Positions 9,648 to 19,922 of a DNA stretch of 64,000 bases are shown here, one piece after another; within the stretch, counting starts at the first letter, position 1, and each line of letters begins with the position of its first letter. The position numbers were made by a program, and so were the translations under genes. Under the pieces are notes generated by a model. That model worked only from the letters and a program-made list of their open reading frames with translations. It did no database searches and had not been told where the DNA came from. Source of the stretch: a virus; IMG/VR virus record IMGVR_UViG_3300023184_000046, positions 1-64,000 of that record; one strand, written 5' to 3'.

Positions 9648-9919
9648 ACATTTATTTCTTCTATTAAAAATTTGCCTTTTTTATTTTCTAATGTCAATGT
9701 TCCTTCGCTTGAATATTCAACAATTTTAGATCCATGCTTTCTAAAATATTTTGCAATTTCAAATTCATCTCCATCAATTATTTCAATTGATTCTAATAAA
9801 TCTGAAAATTTTAATTTTGAATATACTTTCTTTCCAATTATGTCAATTGAATTTTTATTATATTGATCTTTGTTTAACCAACTTTGAAAACCATCAGGTG
9901 ATAAATAATTATTTTTCAT
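9629..9919 (-). CDS. Hypothetical protein
   Basis: 96-aa ORF coupled to the upstream gene (ATGA overlap). Confidence 0.65.
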   Translation of the reverse strand: MKNNYLSPDGFQSWLNKDQYNKNSIDIIGKKVYSKLKFSDLLESIEIIDGDEFEIAKYFRKHGSKIVEYSSEGTLTLENKKGKFLIEEINVKKHQS

Positions 9920-10824
9920 ATCCTACAATTCTTTATTAAATCTTCTTTATTTATATATGATCCAAATTTAAAACTTTTATCTAATCCATGATAAAAAATA
10001 TTACAATTTTGATTATTTTTTCTATACCAAAATATCATTCCATCAATTATTTTGTCTGATAATTTATTTTGATAATATTGATAATGCATACCATCATTGT
10101 GTAAAAAAGAAGCTGGCTTTTCTTTAACCATACCCTCAGAACAATAAAGAAGATTAATATTTTTAGCATTACAAAGAAAACAATAATTAATAGCTGCACA
10201 AATTGGATTTCTATAGTCATCTAGATAATTGCTTATTTCACTTTCAGATGTTGAATTAAATTTTGAAGATGGAGTTGGATTATAAAAATTAATATTTTTG
10301 TATTTGTACATTTTAACAAATTCTGGATATATTCTATTGCTCAATAAACAATTTGGAAATATTCTAGAATTAATATTATTTAAAGCATTTTTATACGGAT
10401 TATTTTCAACAAATAAATCTGGCAAAATATTAAAGTTATTCCATTTCTTTAAAGAGTTGTTTGTCAAAATAATAAATTTATTTTTAATGTTAATGTTTTG
10501 TAAAATATCATTAATGTCATCAAATCCAAAACCATCTGAAACTATAAAAACATTTTTATTGCTTAAGTCTTTGGTTTCAAATCTTGGAAACTTAAGTGTG
10601 TTATTTGTAAGTTCATTATTTATAAATGTTTTTATTTCTTCTTCTTGAATTAAATTATTAATATCAATTGGTAATACATGATTTATAGTAAAATTTCTAA
10701 CCCATGTATTTTTTTCGACATTTAAATATTGATTTCCTTGATGTAAGTTTTTTACTGTAACATTAAATTTTTCATTTTCTAGGTGGACAGGGTATAATTG
10801 CAAAACAGGGGAAGTCTTCGGCAT
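9916..10824 (-). CDS. Maf/DUF115 (MptE-like) glycosyltransferase-like protein
   Basis: VFIVSDGFGF, IILTN, PDLFV, NPICAAI...AKNINLL follow the Maf_flag10/DUF115 motif order; ATG 10824 has a GGAG SD. Confidence 0.5.
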   Translation of the reverse strand: MPKTSPVLQLYPVHLENEKFNVTVKNLHQGNQYLNVEKNTWVRNFTINHVLPIDINNLIQEEEIKTFINNELTNNTLKFPRFETKDLSNKNVFIVSDGFGFDDINDILQNINIKNKFIILTNNSLKKWNNFNILPDLFVENNPYKNALNNINSRIFPNCLLSNRIYPEFVKMYKYKNINFYNPTPSSKFNSTSESEISNYLDDYRNPICAAINYCFLCNAKNINLLYCSEGMVKEKPASFLHNDGMHYQYYQNKLSDKIIDGMIFWYRKNNQNCNIFYHGLDKSFKFGSYINKEDLIKNCRI

Positions 10825-13800
10825 TTTGATCTCCAAGTAATTTTTTGTAATCTAATTCAACTTTAACTTCAATTGGTGAGCCTTTGTAAACCATTTCAAT
10901 TTCTGGATTCTCAGGCATTTTTAATTTTATTTCACTTGGTATGTTTCCAACAAGTTCAATATGGTCTGGAATACCTGTTACACTAATGCTGCTTGGGAAT
11001 GAATCAAATTCAATCTTTATATTCTTTGGAATTTCAATTTCACTTTGTAGTTTAATTAAAGATGGTATTGAACCAGCATCAATTTTAATAAATTCTGGTA
11101 TTGATTCTGCGTTAATATTAATATTTTCTGGTATATTATGATTTAATTTTATTTCACTTGGTATTGGCTCGCTAAATTCAACTTTTATATTATTTATCTC
11201 TGGAACAATTAAAGAAATAAATTCTGGAATATCATGCAATACAGTAATATCATTTATTTCTGGTACTATTAATTTTATTTCTTCAGGTATTCCAACAAAA
11301 TCATATTCCATTTCCATACCAAGTTCATCATAGTATCCTTTACCGCCATCATTAGGAGAAATATTTGTTCGCCCAGAGCTTAAAGCTGCTGCTACAGCCT
11401 GTGAAGGGCAAACAACTTTAACTATACAAGATATTATTGGTGGTGTTCCCCAATCTACAGAAATCTTTGGGGGTGTTCCGTAATCCATGCTAATATTTGG
11501 AGGATTATCAAATTTAACAATTAACGATGGTGCTTTGCCAAAAGGTATTGGTTCAAATGAAGGAATATTATCAAACCCAATTTTTTGAAAAGATGGTGGA
11601 GCAGCAAAACTAATCTTATCCAAAGATGGAGGCGTTCCAAATTCAACCGTTACGGATGGTGCTTTACCAAAAGCTATTGGTTCAAATGATGGTGTCTTAT
11701 CAAAGCTTATTTTGCCAAATGAAGGGGTGGCTTCAAACCCTATTTTCTGGAATGATGGTGGTGTTCCAAAACTAACAATTAAATTTGGTGGAGTGCAAAA
11801 ACTAATGCATGGCAAATTATGACAAATACTAATACATGGTAAATTTGACGGAACAATTATACTAATTGCTGGCATTGAAGGTACATTACAGAAGCTTATG
11901 CATGCAAATGATGGTGGATTAACAAAGCTTATAGGTGCAATATATGTTGGCTGAATACTAATTACTTGTGGTGTCCAATAAACAGTAATAGAAGGCGGTT
12001 TATCAAAACTAATTTTTGTAAAACTTGGCGGTTCTGCAAAGCTAATTACAGCTGGTACTGATGGTGTATTACAGAAACTAATACACTTCGGGAAAGAAGG
12101 TGCAACACCAAAACTAATAGGTGAAAATGAAGGTGCTTCACCAATACTAATTACAGGGAAGGATGGTGTATTACAGAAGCTAACACATGCAAATGATGGT
12201 GCTGGAGCAAAGCTAATTACATTAAATGATGGAGCAGGACCAAAACTTATTGTTTTTGGCAATGAAGGTACATTACAAAAGCTTACACATGGCAACGATG
12301 GAACAATAAAACTAATTGGTTCAATTGATGGAACTTTACTAAAGCTTATGGGTGCAAAAGATGGTACTGATCCAATACTAATTACAGGGAAGGACGGTGT
12401 ATTACAGAAGCTAACGCATGCAAATGATGGTGCTGGAGCAAAGCTAATTACATTAAATGATGGAGCAGGACCAAAACTTATTGTTTTTGGCAATGAAGGT
12501 ACATTACAAAAGCTTACACATGGCAACGATGGAACAATAAAACTAATTGGTGCAATACTTGGAGTCTTAGCAAAGCTTATGGGTGCAAATGATGGTGCTG
12601 CACCAATACTAATTACAGGGAAAGAAGATATCTTACAGAAGCTAACGCATCCAAATGATGGTGCTGGAGCAAAACTAATTAAATTAAATGATGGAGCAGG
12701 AGCAAAGCTTATTGTTTTTGGGAATGAAGGTACATTACAAAAACTTACACATGGCAATGATGGAACAATAAAACTAATTGGTGCAATACTTGGAGTCTTA
12801 GCAAAGCTTATAGGTGCAAAAGATGGTGCTGCACCAATACTAATTACAGGGAAAGAAGATATCTTACAGAAGCTTATGCATGCAAATGATGGTGCTGGAG
12901 CAAAACTAATTAAATTAAATGATGGAGCAGGAGCAAAGCTTATTGTTTTTGGGAATGAAGGTACATTACAAAAACTTACACATGGCAACGATGGAACAAT
13001 AAAACTAATTGGTGCAATACTTGGAGTCTTAGCAAAGCTTATAGGTGCAAAAGATGGTGGTGGAGCAAAGCTAATTAAATTAAATGATGGTATCTTACAG
13101 AAGCTAATGCATGGGAACGATGGAATATGACCTATGCTTATAATTGGAAAAGATGGCAAAGGTCCAATACTTATCATTCTTGGAAAAGATGGAACATTAC
13201 AAAAACTTACACATGGGAAGCTTGGTGGCTTGCAGAAGCTTATACACGCAAACGATGGAACAATAAAGCTAATTGGTGGCAAAGAAGGAGCTTTTCCAAA
13301 ACTAATTACGGGTAATGATGGTGGTTTCGCAAAACTAATCAATGGTAAAGAAGGCGGTTTACAAAAGCTTATACATGGGAAGCTTGGTGGTTTGCAAAAG
13401 CTTATACATGCAAACGATGGCGGTTTTGCAAAAGAAACAACCATTGAAGGAGGCTTGCAGAAACTTACACATGGGAAGCTTGGCAGTTTCGCAAAACTAA
13501 TCAATGGTAAAGAAGGTGGTTTACAAAAGCTTATACATGGGAAGCTTGGTGCCTTACAGAAGCTTATGCATGCAAATGATGGCGGTTTTGCAAAAGAAAC
13601 AACCATTGAAGGAGGTTTGCAGAAACTTACACATGGGAAGCTTGGTGGTTTACAGAAGCTTATACATGCAAACGATGGTGGTTTCGTAAAGCTAATCAAT
13701 GGCAAAGAAGGCGGTTTACAAAAGCTTATACATGGGAAGCTTGGTGCTTTGCAGAAGCTTATACATGCAAATGATGGTGGTTTTGCAAAAGAAACAACCA

Positions 13801-15892
13801 TTGAAGGTGGTTTACAAAAGCTTATACATGGGAAACTTGGTGCTTTACAGAAGCTTATGCATCCAAATGATGGTGGTTTCGCAAAACTAATCAATGGCAA
13901 AGAAGGCGGTTTACAAAAGCTTATACATGGGAAGCTTGGTGGTTTACAGAAGCTTACACATGCAAATGATGGAGGTTTACAAAAGCTTACGCATGGGAAG
14001 CTTGGTGGTTTACAAAAGCTTATACATGGGAAACTTGGTGCTTTGCAGAAGCTTATACATGCAAATGATGGAGGTTTACAGAAACTTATGCATGGTAAAG
14101 AAGGTGGTTTGCAAAAGCTTATACATGGGAAGCTTGGTGGTTTGCAGAAGCTTACACATGCAAATGATGGAGGTTTACAAAAACTTATACATGGGAAGCT
14201 TGGTGGCTTACAGAAGCTTATACATGGGAAGCTTGGTGGCTTACAGAAGCTTATACATGCAAATGATGGAGGTTTACAAAAACTTATACATGCAAAAGAT
14301 GGAGGTTTACAAAAACTTATACATGGGAAGCTTGGTGGCTTACAGAAGCTTATACATGCAAATGATGGAGGTTTACAAAAACTTATACATGCAAAAGATG
14401 GTGGTTTACAAAAGCTTATACATGGGAAGCTTGGTGGCTTGGAGAAGCTTATAGATGGGAAGCTTGGTGGTTTACAGAAACTTATGCAGTTAAAAACTGG
14501 AACCTTGCAAAAACTAATGCATGGAAATTTTGGTAATTTACAAAAACTAATACATGGAAATTTAAAATTACAAAAACTAATACAAAGACTTGGAACTATA
14601 ACTTTAATAGATGACGGCAAGGAACCTTCTATTACGATTACTGAAACAATTTTTGGTATAATAAAACTAATAGGAGGTATAGGAGGAGGAGGAAGTATTT
14701 TAATATCACTAACGCTAATAAAACTTGGTATATTACTATCAATTGTGATAATGCTTGGTATTGGTTCAGTTGGCACAACTAAAATTACTGAAGGAATTGA
14801 AACTGGTCCAAATTCAATTAAAGATGGAATTGGATCTATTGGTCCAAAATTAATTAAACTAGGAATAGGTGGGTCGACAGTAATTACGGATGGAATATTA
14901 ATATTCGGCATTCCAATATCAAAAACTGGAAATACAATAGGCGGAATATTAATTACTGGTTGTGGTACAGATGGAATATTAATATCAAGTGGAGGAAGTG
15001 CTGGACATTCTGGTATTTGAATTAATATAGGTTCTGGTGCAACTGGAATAGTTGGCTCTGTATAATTATCTCTATTAATTGGAGTTTGAACTATGTTACA
15101 ATTATTTGCTTCGACATTTACAACTGGATCTATTGATGCAGAAGTAGGATACAAGTGTGTTCCATTTAATTGATTAGTAGTAGAAGTTCCGTCTCCAAAA
15201 TTAATTCTAAAAGCTTTGTAATCTCCTGTTATTGAAAGATTAAAACTTATTAATGTTCCGCTATTTGGATCTTTGTTTAGTGTAATTACTGTAAAGTTTA
15301 CATCAGGACAACCATAATCATCAAAAATTGGAGGAGTGTTGAATAAATTTCTAATTTTCCAATCAAGGGTTTGTTGATTTTCATCAAAATCTATTCCAAC
15401 AAAGTTTTCAATATTTATAATTGCTTTTACAAGTTGATTATGATGCTCTGCTATTACAAAGCCTCTAATTGGTGTACCAGCTAAATTATAATGAGTTGCT
15501 TTTCCGCTGCCTACAATTTGATCTCCTGTTATTGGATCTATTGTAGTAAACCCCATTTCGTTAACTATTTCAGATGGAATTCTGCCGACATTTAAATTTC
15601 TTATACAAGATTTTAAAGCTATTACTTTACCAGTACTATAATCTTTTTCTACAGATCCATAATATAATAATTCACCATCCAAAGTAGCAAACCCATTTTC
15701 TGGCCAAGGATCTTCATTTAAATAAGGATTGTCATAAGGTCTTATGTAAATTATTTCAGACCATGCTTGATTGTCTTGAGAAAGCGTAGATTCGGTAGTA
15801 TTTTTTACTTGAAAAAGCGTATAATCAGTATCTATACCTAGAGGGTAAATTGGTTGTGGTATAAAGTTTTGTTTAGTATCTATGCTTTCCAA
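10772..15892 (-). CDS. 1706-aa fibre-like protein: AEHHN module, PKD domain and long 11-aa Cys/Pro-rich repeat region
   Basis: N-terminus paralogous to the two upstream genes; INFGDG...H.Y PKD motif; CISFCKPPSF(P/A) repeats. Confidence 0.8.
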   Translation of the reverse strand: MESIDTKQNFIPQPIYPLGIDTDYTLFQVKNTTESTLSQDNQAWSEIIYIRPYDNPYLNEDPWPENGFATLDGELLYYGSVEKDYSTGKVIALKSCIRNLNVGRIPSEIVNEMGFTTIDPITGDQIVGSGKATHYNLAGTPIRGFVIAEHHNQLVKAIINIENFVGIDFDENQQTLDWKIRNLFNTPPIFDDYGCPDVNFTVITLNKDPNSGTLISFNLSITGDYKAFRINFGDGTSTTNQLNGTHLYPTSASIDPVVNVEANNCNIVQTPINRDNYTEPTIPVAPEPILIQIPECPALPPLDINIPSVPQPVINIPPIVFPVFDIGMPNINIPSVITVDPPIPSLINFGPIDPIPSLIEFGPVSIPSVILVVPTEPIPSIITIDSNIPSFISVSDIKILPPPPIPPISFIIPKIVSVIVIEGSLPSSIKVIVPSLCISFCNFKFPCISFCKLPKFPCISFCKVPVFNCISFCKPPSFPSISFSKPPSFPCISFCKPPSFACISFCKPPSFACISFCKPPSFPCISFCKPPSFACISFCKPPSFACISFCKPPSFPCISFCKPPSFPCISFCKPPSFACVSFCKPPSFPCISFCKPPSLPCISFCKPPSFACISFCKAPSFPCISFCKPPSFPCVSFCKPPSFACVSFCKPPSFPCISFCKPPSLPLISFAKPPSFGCISFCKAPSFPCISFCKPPSMVVSFAKPPSFACISFCKAPSFPCISFCKPPSLPLISFTKPPSFACISFCKPPSFPCVSFCKPPSMVVSFAKPPSFACISFCKAPSFPCISFCKPPSLPLISFAKLPSFPCVSFCKPPSMVVSFAKPPSFACISFCKPPSFPCISFCKPPSLPLISFAKPPSLPVISFGKAPSLPPISFIVPSFACISFCKPPSFPCVSFCNVPSFPRMISIGPLPSFPIISIGHIPSFPCISFCKIPSFNLISFAPPPSFAPISFAKTPSIAPISFIVPSLPCVSFCNVPSFPKTISFAPAPSFNLISFAPAPSFACISFCKISSFPVISIGAAPSFAPISFAKTPSIAPISFIVPSLPCVSFCNVPSFPKTISFAPAPSFNLISFAPAPSFGCVSFCKISSFPVISIGAAPSFAPISFAKTPSIAPISFIVPSLPCVSFCNVPSLPKTISFGPAPSFNVISFAPAPSFACVSFCNTPSFPVISIGSVPSFAPISFSKVPSIEPISFIVPSLPCVSFCNVPSLPKTISFGPAPSFNVISFAPAPSFACVSFCNTPSFPVISIGEAPSFSPISFGVAPSFPKCISFCNTPSVPAVISFAEPPSFTKISFDKPPSITVYWTPQVISIQPTYIAPISFVNPPSFACISFCNVPSMPAISIIVPSNLPCISICHNLPCISFCTPPNLIVSFGTPPSFQKIGFEATPSFGKISFDKTPSFEPIAFGKAPSVTVEFGTPPSLDKISFAAPPSFQKIGFDNIPSFEPIPFGKAPSLIVKFDNPPNISMDYGTPPKISVDWGTPPIISCIVKVVCPSQAVAAALSSGRTNISPNDGGKGYYDELGMEMEYDFVGIPEEIKLIVPEINDITVLHDIPEFISLIVPEINNIKVEFSEPIPSEIKLNHNIPENININAESIPEFIKIDAGSIPSLIKLQSEIEIPKNIKIEFDSFPSSISVTGIPDHIELVGNIPSEIKLKMPENPEIEMVYKGSPIEVKVELDYKKLLGDQNAEDFPCFAIIPCPPRK
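11430..14600 (-). repeat. Coding tandem repeat array with a 33-bp unit and higher-order 231-bp and 162/195-bp periods
   Basis: GGTACATTACAAAA recurs at 12267, 12498, 12729, 12960; GAAACAACCATTGAAGG at 13434, 13596, 13791; core unit such as CAAAAGCTTATACATGGGAAGCTTGGTGGTTTA. Confidence 0.9.
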
Positions 15893-15934
15893 TAATTCAC
15901 TTTCTGTTTATTGCACACATTAATAAAGTATATA

Positions 15935-18181
15935 TTAATAAATTCCCATAAACCATTGTTCTAATCTTGGTCTTGGTGGTAATTTAATAAAAGTCAACTC
16001 TAAATTATTGAATTTAACAATTGAATTTTCGCTATAATCAAAGCTTAAATAAGCAAAATGATCGCCATTAGAAGTTCCAAGTAATGTATTTGATTCTTTT
16101 TCAAATCCTGAAACTGTTTTATCTTGTAAACTTCTAAAAGATGCCCCACTGTTATTACCAGCAACATACCAAGTATTTGAACTATCTTCATAAATTGATA
16201 TATTACTTGAATTATTAAAGAAAAACAATCCATTGCTCATAGACAAAAGCTGACCTTCAGTGTAATTAGAGTTAGGTATGTCTTGAAGTTTTTTCAAAGC
16301 TATGAAAGGATCATTAACTCCGCCAATAGTAGAATATAAATTGGAAATAATTGTCTGTGTTCCTACCAATGAACTTCTCAAGAAATATCCAGTATTGCCT
16401 TTCCAAGCTGAGCGATAAATTGAAAAATTTCCTGTTGTATTATTACCACTTCCGTCATATACAGATTCGTTTTGTTTTAATTCAATTGCGTTTGCTTGAA
16501 AAGCATTATCTTGAAATTTATGAGAAGAAAGTGTTTTTGTAATTAAATTATAAGCTTCAAGTTTTATATTTACTGGAGAAGTAAATGCTCCAAATCCTTT
16601 ATTTGGTCTTCCAAGCATAAAATAAGCATTTGTTTGAGTGTTTAAAAACATCCAGTTATAAGCTCTTTGAAAAGAATTTTGACTTTTATAGCTTTTATCA
16701 AATCCATTAAAACTTTTAACATAAACTTGTTCTAAGGTTGGAGAATCAGAAATAGCTCTTCCCGATGCCCAGAATAAAAATGAATCTCCAGAGTTTCCGC
16801 TAGTTGTTAAGCTAGATTGGCAAAACCCTATATTTCTTGAAAATTCAAATTTTTGTTTTGCTGAGTTTGCATCGCTGTTTAAAAAATTATTATTTGTATT
16901 TAACTGTAAGGTTGGTGTTTGTGGAGTTTTATAAACCTCAGAAAGTAATCCAAATTCTGATACTTGAACTTGTGGAGAACCAGCCACAACACTATTTAGC
17001 TGATCTTTGTATAGCCAATGCCACATATTAATATTTTCTACAATATCAATAGTATTTGATACATTTGTAATTCTAAATGAATTTGATTCAGTGTCTACTC
17101 TTATTATCGTATCATAAATTCCACCAGTTTCATACAAGGCTTGAGTTGTCTTTGAATTACCGTGAACTAGATCATCAGTTAATTCCCAAGTATAAAGCAC
17201 AACAGGATCAATTGGATTTCCATTACCATCTACCTCTTCGCCAGAAAAGGTTTTTTCTGTATTTGGATTTATTCCATCTGGTATTTTCAAATCAATAATA
17301 GAATTAACAGAAGACCGAATATATTTATTAAAATCTCCGCTTGCAATTTGATTTCCTTTTGGTTCAAAAGAAATTATTGCATTGTCTGGGGCTGGAAATT
17401 TTGCATTTATATAATTTTTTAATTGTAATTCATCTTGGCCAAATTTATTTTTTACTGTGTAAGTAACTGTATAAGAACCAGGCAGTTCATAAATTTTTGT
17501 TACTGTTGTATTGGTATTTGTTGTTTCTTCTGAATTATTTTTAAAATTAAATGTTCTTATATCTCCATCGCCAAAATCCCAAGTAGTTGTAATTGGATTA
17601 TTTGCATTATCAGTTGCAAGTCGAAAACTTAAATCTGTAAATGTTATTTTTAATGGAATAATTCCTTCTTTTACATCTGCAACAAACCAAACTTTTGGCT
17701 TCAAGGCAATTGATCTTAAGTAATTAATTCTTGCTTCCATAGAGCCAGTTTTTGGAATAAAAACTTTATCGCCTTTAATACCTGCAAACTTTTCAATTTG
17801 TATAATAGCATCTTTAATATTATTGTGATGTTCAGCTACAACATTTAATGTAACATTTGTAACTTTAGCTAATTTTTCAACATCTGGAAATCCATCTAAT
17901 AATTTTACATTATTGAAAGTTTGCGTTGCATCAGTTTTTGATTCATAGAAAAAACTAATTGCTCTTTCGTTTGGATCTGAGCATTGCTCTGTTAAAGTTA
18001 TAATGCCACTTGATGGAAAAGTAGCCATGTCATTTTCAGTAGCACTAACAACAATATTATTATCTTTTGGTTTATAATCATTTAAAAGTGGTAATCTCAA
18101 TGAATCTTTTACAAGAAAAAGATTTTCATCATTGTCTATTTTCTCTGGATATTTTATCTTGATTGCATCTGGTATACTCAT
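15935..18181 (-). CDS. PKD-domain virion protein (AEHHN module), putative fibre or receptor-binding protein
   Basis: YPEKID...VVAEHHNNIKDAIIQIE; TWDFGDG...Y..PG.YTV. Confidence 0.75.
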   Translation of the reverse strand: MSIPDAIKIKYPEKIDNDENLFLVKDSLRLPLLNDYKPKDNNIVVSATENDMATFPSSGIITLTEQCSDPNERAISFFYESKTDATQTFNNVKLLDGFPDVEKLAKVTNVTLNVVAEHHNNIKDAIIQIEKFAGIKGDKVFIPKTGSMEARINYLRSIALKPKVWFVADVKEGIIPLKITFTDLSFRLATDNANNPITTTWDFGDGDIRTFNFKNNSEETTNTNTTVTKIYELPGSYTVTYTVKNKFGQDELQLKNYINAKFPAPDNAIISFEPKGNQIASGDFNKYIRSSVNSIIDLKIPDGINPNTEKTFSGEEVDGNGNPIDPVVLYTWELTDDLVHGNSKTTQALYETGGIYDTIIRVDTESNSFRITNVSNTIDIVENINMWHWLYKDQLNSVVAGSPQVQVSEFGLLSEVYKTPQTPTLQLNTNNNFLNSDANSAKQKFEFSRNIGFCQSSLTTSGNSGDSFLFWASGRAISDSPTLEQVYVKSFNGFDKSYKSQNSFQRAYNWMFLNTQTNAYFMLGRPNKGFGAFTSPVNIKLEAYNLITKTLSSHKFQDNAFQANAIELKQNESVYDGSGNNTTGNFSIYRSAWKGNTGYFLRSSLVGTQTIISNLYSTIGGVNDPFIALKKLQDIPNSNYTEGQLLSMSNGLFFFNNSSNISIYEDSSNTWYVAGNNSGASFRSLQDKTVSGFEKESNTLLGTSNGDHFAYLSFDYSENSIVKFNNLELTFIKLPPRPRLEQWFMGIY

Positions 18182-18183
18182 TT

Positions 18184-19209
18184 TTATCCTACTATTAATG
18201 ACTCTTGTAAAAAAACTTTTTTAACATTTTGACTTTGAAAAGTATCAAGAATAAATGGCTTGTATTCGCCAGGTTCAGCATATACATGTTCTACGACATG
18301 AATATTTGGATCTTTAATTGTTTTATTGTTGTTGTCACCAAATACAAAAAATCTACTTACTATATTGCCATCTGTTTGATCTACAAAAGTATATTTTGTT
18401 GGTTCTACACCCATTTTAATTGCTGTTTCTTTTGATATTCCACCATACCTTGGCAAAATATAAAACAATGGTATTACATTTTCATTATTTGAATTTATGT
18501 AATTATTTTTCGTTGTAATTCCTTGTCCTCCTAATTCATTTATAACATTTAATTGAATGGTAAAAATTCCTTCTCTTATGTAAGTATGTTCTGGAGATGC
18601 TTCTATAGATGTTGTATTATCACCAAAATCCCAAAAATATTTAATGTTATTTCCAATAGTAAAATTTTTAAATTTAACTGTAAATGGAGGTTTGCCAAAT
18701 AAAGGATATGCTCTGAAAATTGGTTTTGGACTTAAAATATCTGTTTCTAATTTTTTTAATAAACCATTCAAAGATTCAGCAACAGGAAAATTATTTTCTC
18801 CAAGCTTATTTTCAAGCTTTTCAATTGAATCTTTTAATGCATTGTGATGTTCAGCAAACACACCCGAAGTAACTAATGTTCCTTTAGGCCACATGGTAGA
18901 TTTAGAATTTTGAAAGCCTCTTATTACACTTGTAAATGCATTGCCTTCTTTTTTATAATAATAAACCAGTTCACTGTTTCCATCTTTACTAGATAAATTT
19001 CCAATCTTTAAAATGCCTTGTTGTGGAAAATTAGTGCCATCTTCTAGAATGATAACCTTGGAATTTAAATTAAGGCCAAATTTAAGTGATGTCTCAGATA
19101 AATTTCTAGCTTCATATAAAGTAGTGTAATCATCAATTCGTGTTGGAAAAATTGATAAGTCGCCTGTTTGATAATTACTGTCATATGAAGATGTTTTTTC
19201 AAAATACAT
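18184..19209 (-). CDS. PKD-domain virion protein (AEHHN module, two PKD domains)
   Basis: FPTRID...VFAEHHNALKDSIEKLE; YFWDFGD...PEHTY; FGD...HVY.EPG.Y. Confidence 0.8.
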   Translation of the reverse strand: MYFEKTSSYDSNYQTGDLSIFPTRIDDYTTLYEARNLSETSLKFGLNLNSKVIILEDGTNFPQQGILKIGNLSSKDGNSELVYYYKKEGNAFTSVIRGFQNSKSTMWPKGTLVTSGVFAEHHNALKDSIEKLENKLGENNFPVAESLNGLLKKLETDILSPKPIFRAYPLFGKPPFTVKFKNFTIGNNIKYFWDFGDNTTSIEASPEHTYIREGIFTIQLNVINELGGQGITTKNNYINSNNENVIPLFYILPRYGGISKETAIKMGVEPTKYTFVDQTDGNIVSRFFVFGDNNNKTIKDPNIHVVEHVYAEPGEYKPFILDTFQSQNVKKVFLQESLIVG

Positions 19210-19232
19210 AATATTCCTATTTAATTATTTAT

Positions 19233-19922
19233 TTACTGTTGTTGTTCTAATTTATTTACTTCCTTATTGTTATTATTGGAAATATTATTTTGCACTTCTT
19301 TTAAAGCATTTAAAAGCTGTGCTTTTACACTGCAACTATCTGGTAAGGCCAATATTGTTTTACATAATTCCAAGTCTGTAGGAAGATTAAGTAAAAATCT
19401 TAAGTTTAAATCTGCACCTAGTTTTGCAGACCAATATTCATTTTGAACATGAACATCATCAAACTTCTTTATTTTTTCAACTTTTTCAATTTCAGAAAAT
19501 GTTCTAATGAAAAAATTCAACTCTTCTTCTACCATACTTAATTTTCTGTTTAATTTTTTGATTATACTATCTTTCTTACTAACATTTCTTTCTAACTTTT
19601 TAAGCTTAATCTCCAAAATTCTTTTTTTATAAGGGCAAGATTGCTTTTCTATTATTTTTTTGCCTTTAAAAATTTTAATTTCTAATATTTCAAAGTTTTC
19701 AAAAGTATTTTCAATCTCTTCTTTTAAAGAATCATAAGATTCAACTCTAGCATTTATCTCTCTTGCACATTGCCACAACTTAGCTTGCAAAGTAGGTTCT
19801 TTGCCAATAATAAAATTATTTAACTGAAAAAATGAATGCCGATCTTTTAAATCAACTTTTTCTAATATATCTCTTGCACTAATTATTAATTCCACAAGTA
19901 ACCTTTCATATGTTAATTCCAA
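19233..19922 (-). CDS. Coiled-coil hypothetical protein
   Basis: Heptad-rich 229-aa ORF in the tail module. Confidence 0.65.
   Translation of the reverse strand: MELTYERLLVELIISARDILEKVDLKDRHSFFQLNNFIIGKEPTLQAKLWQCAREINARVESYDSLKEEIENTFENFEILEIKIFKGKKIIEKQSCPYKKRILEIKLKKLERNVSKKDSIIKKLNRKLSMVEEELNFFIRTFSEIEKVEKIKKFDDVHVQNEYWSAKLGADLNLRFLLNLPTDLELCKTILALPDSCSVKAQLLNALKEVQNNISNNNNKEVNKLEQQQ

Noticed and set aside
13200-14480. 33-bp repeats rich in AAGCTT palindromes as a possible CRISPR array or binding-site array
   Set aside because: No unique spacers; the units are in-frame codons, and AAGCTT arises from Ile/Pro-Ser-Phe codons.
12348-15020. Long antisense ORFs (260 and 628 aa, GKLGGLQKLIH repeats) and frame-shifted ORFs
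   Set aside because: Shadows of the repeat array; the minus-strand frame is continuous with recognisable domains and lies in a minus-strand operon.
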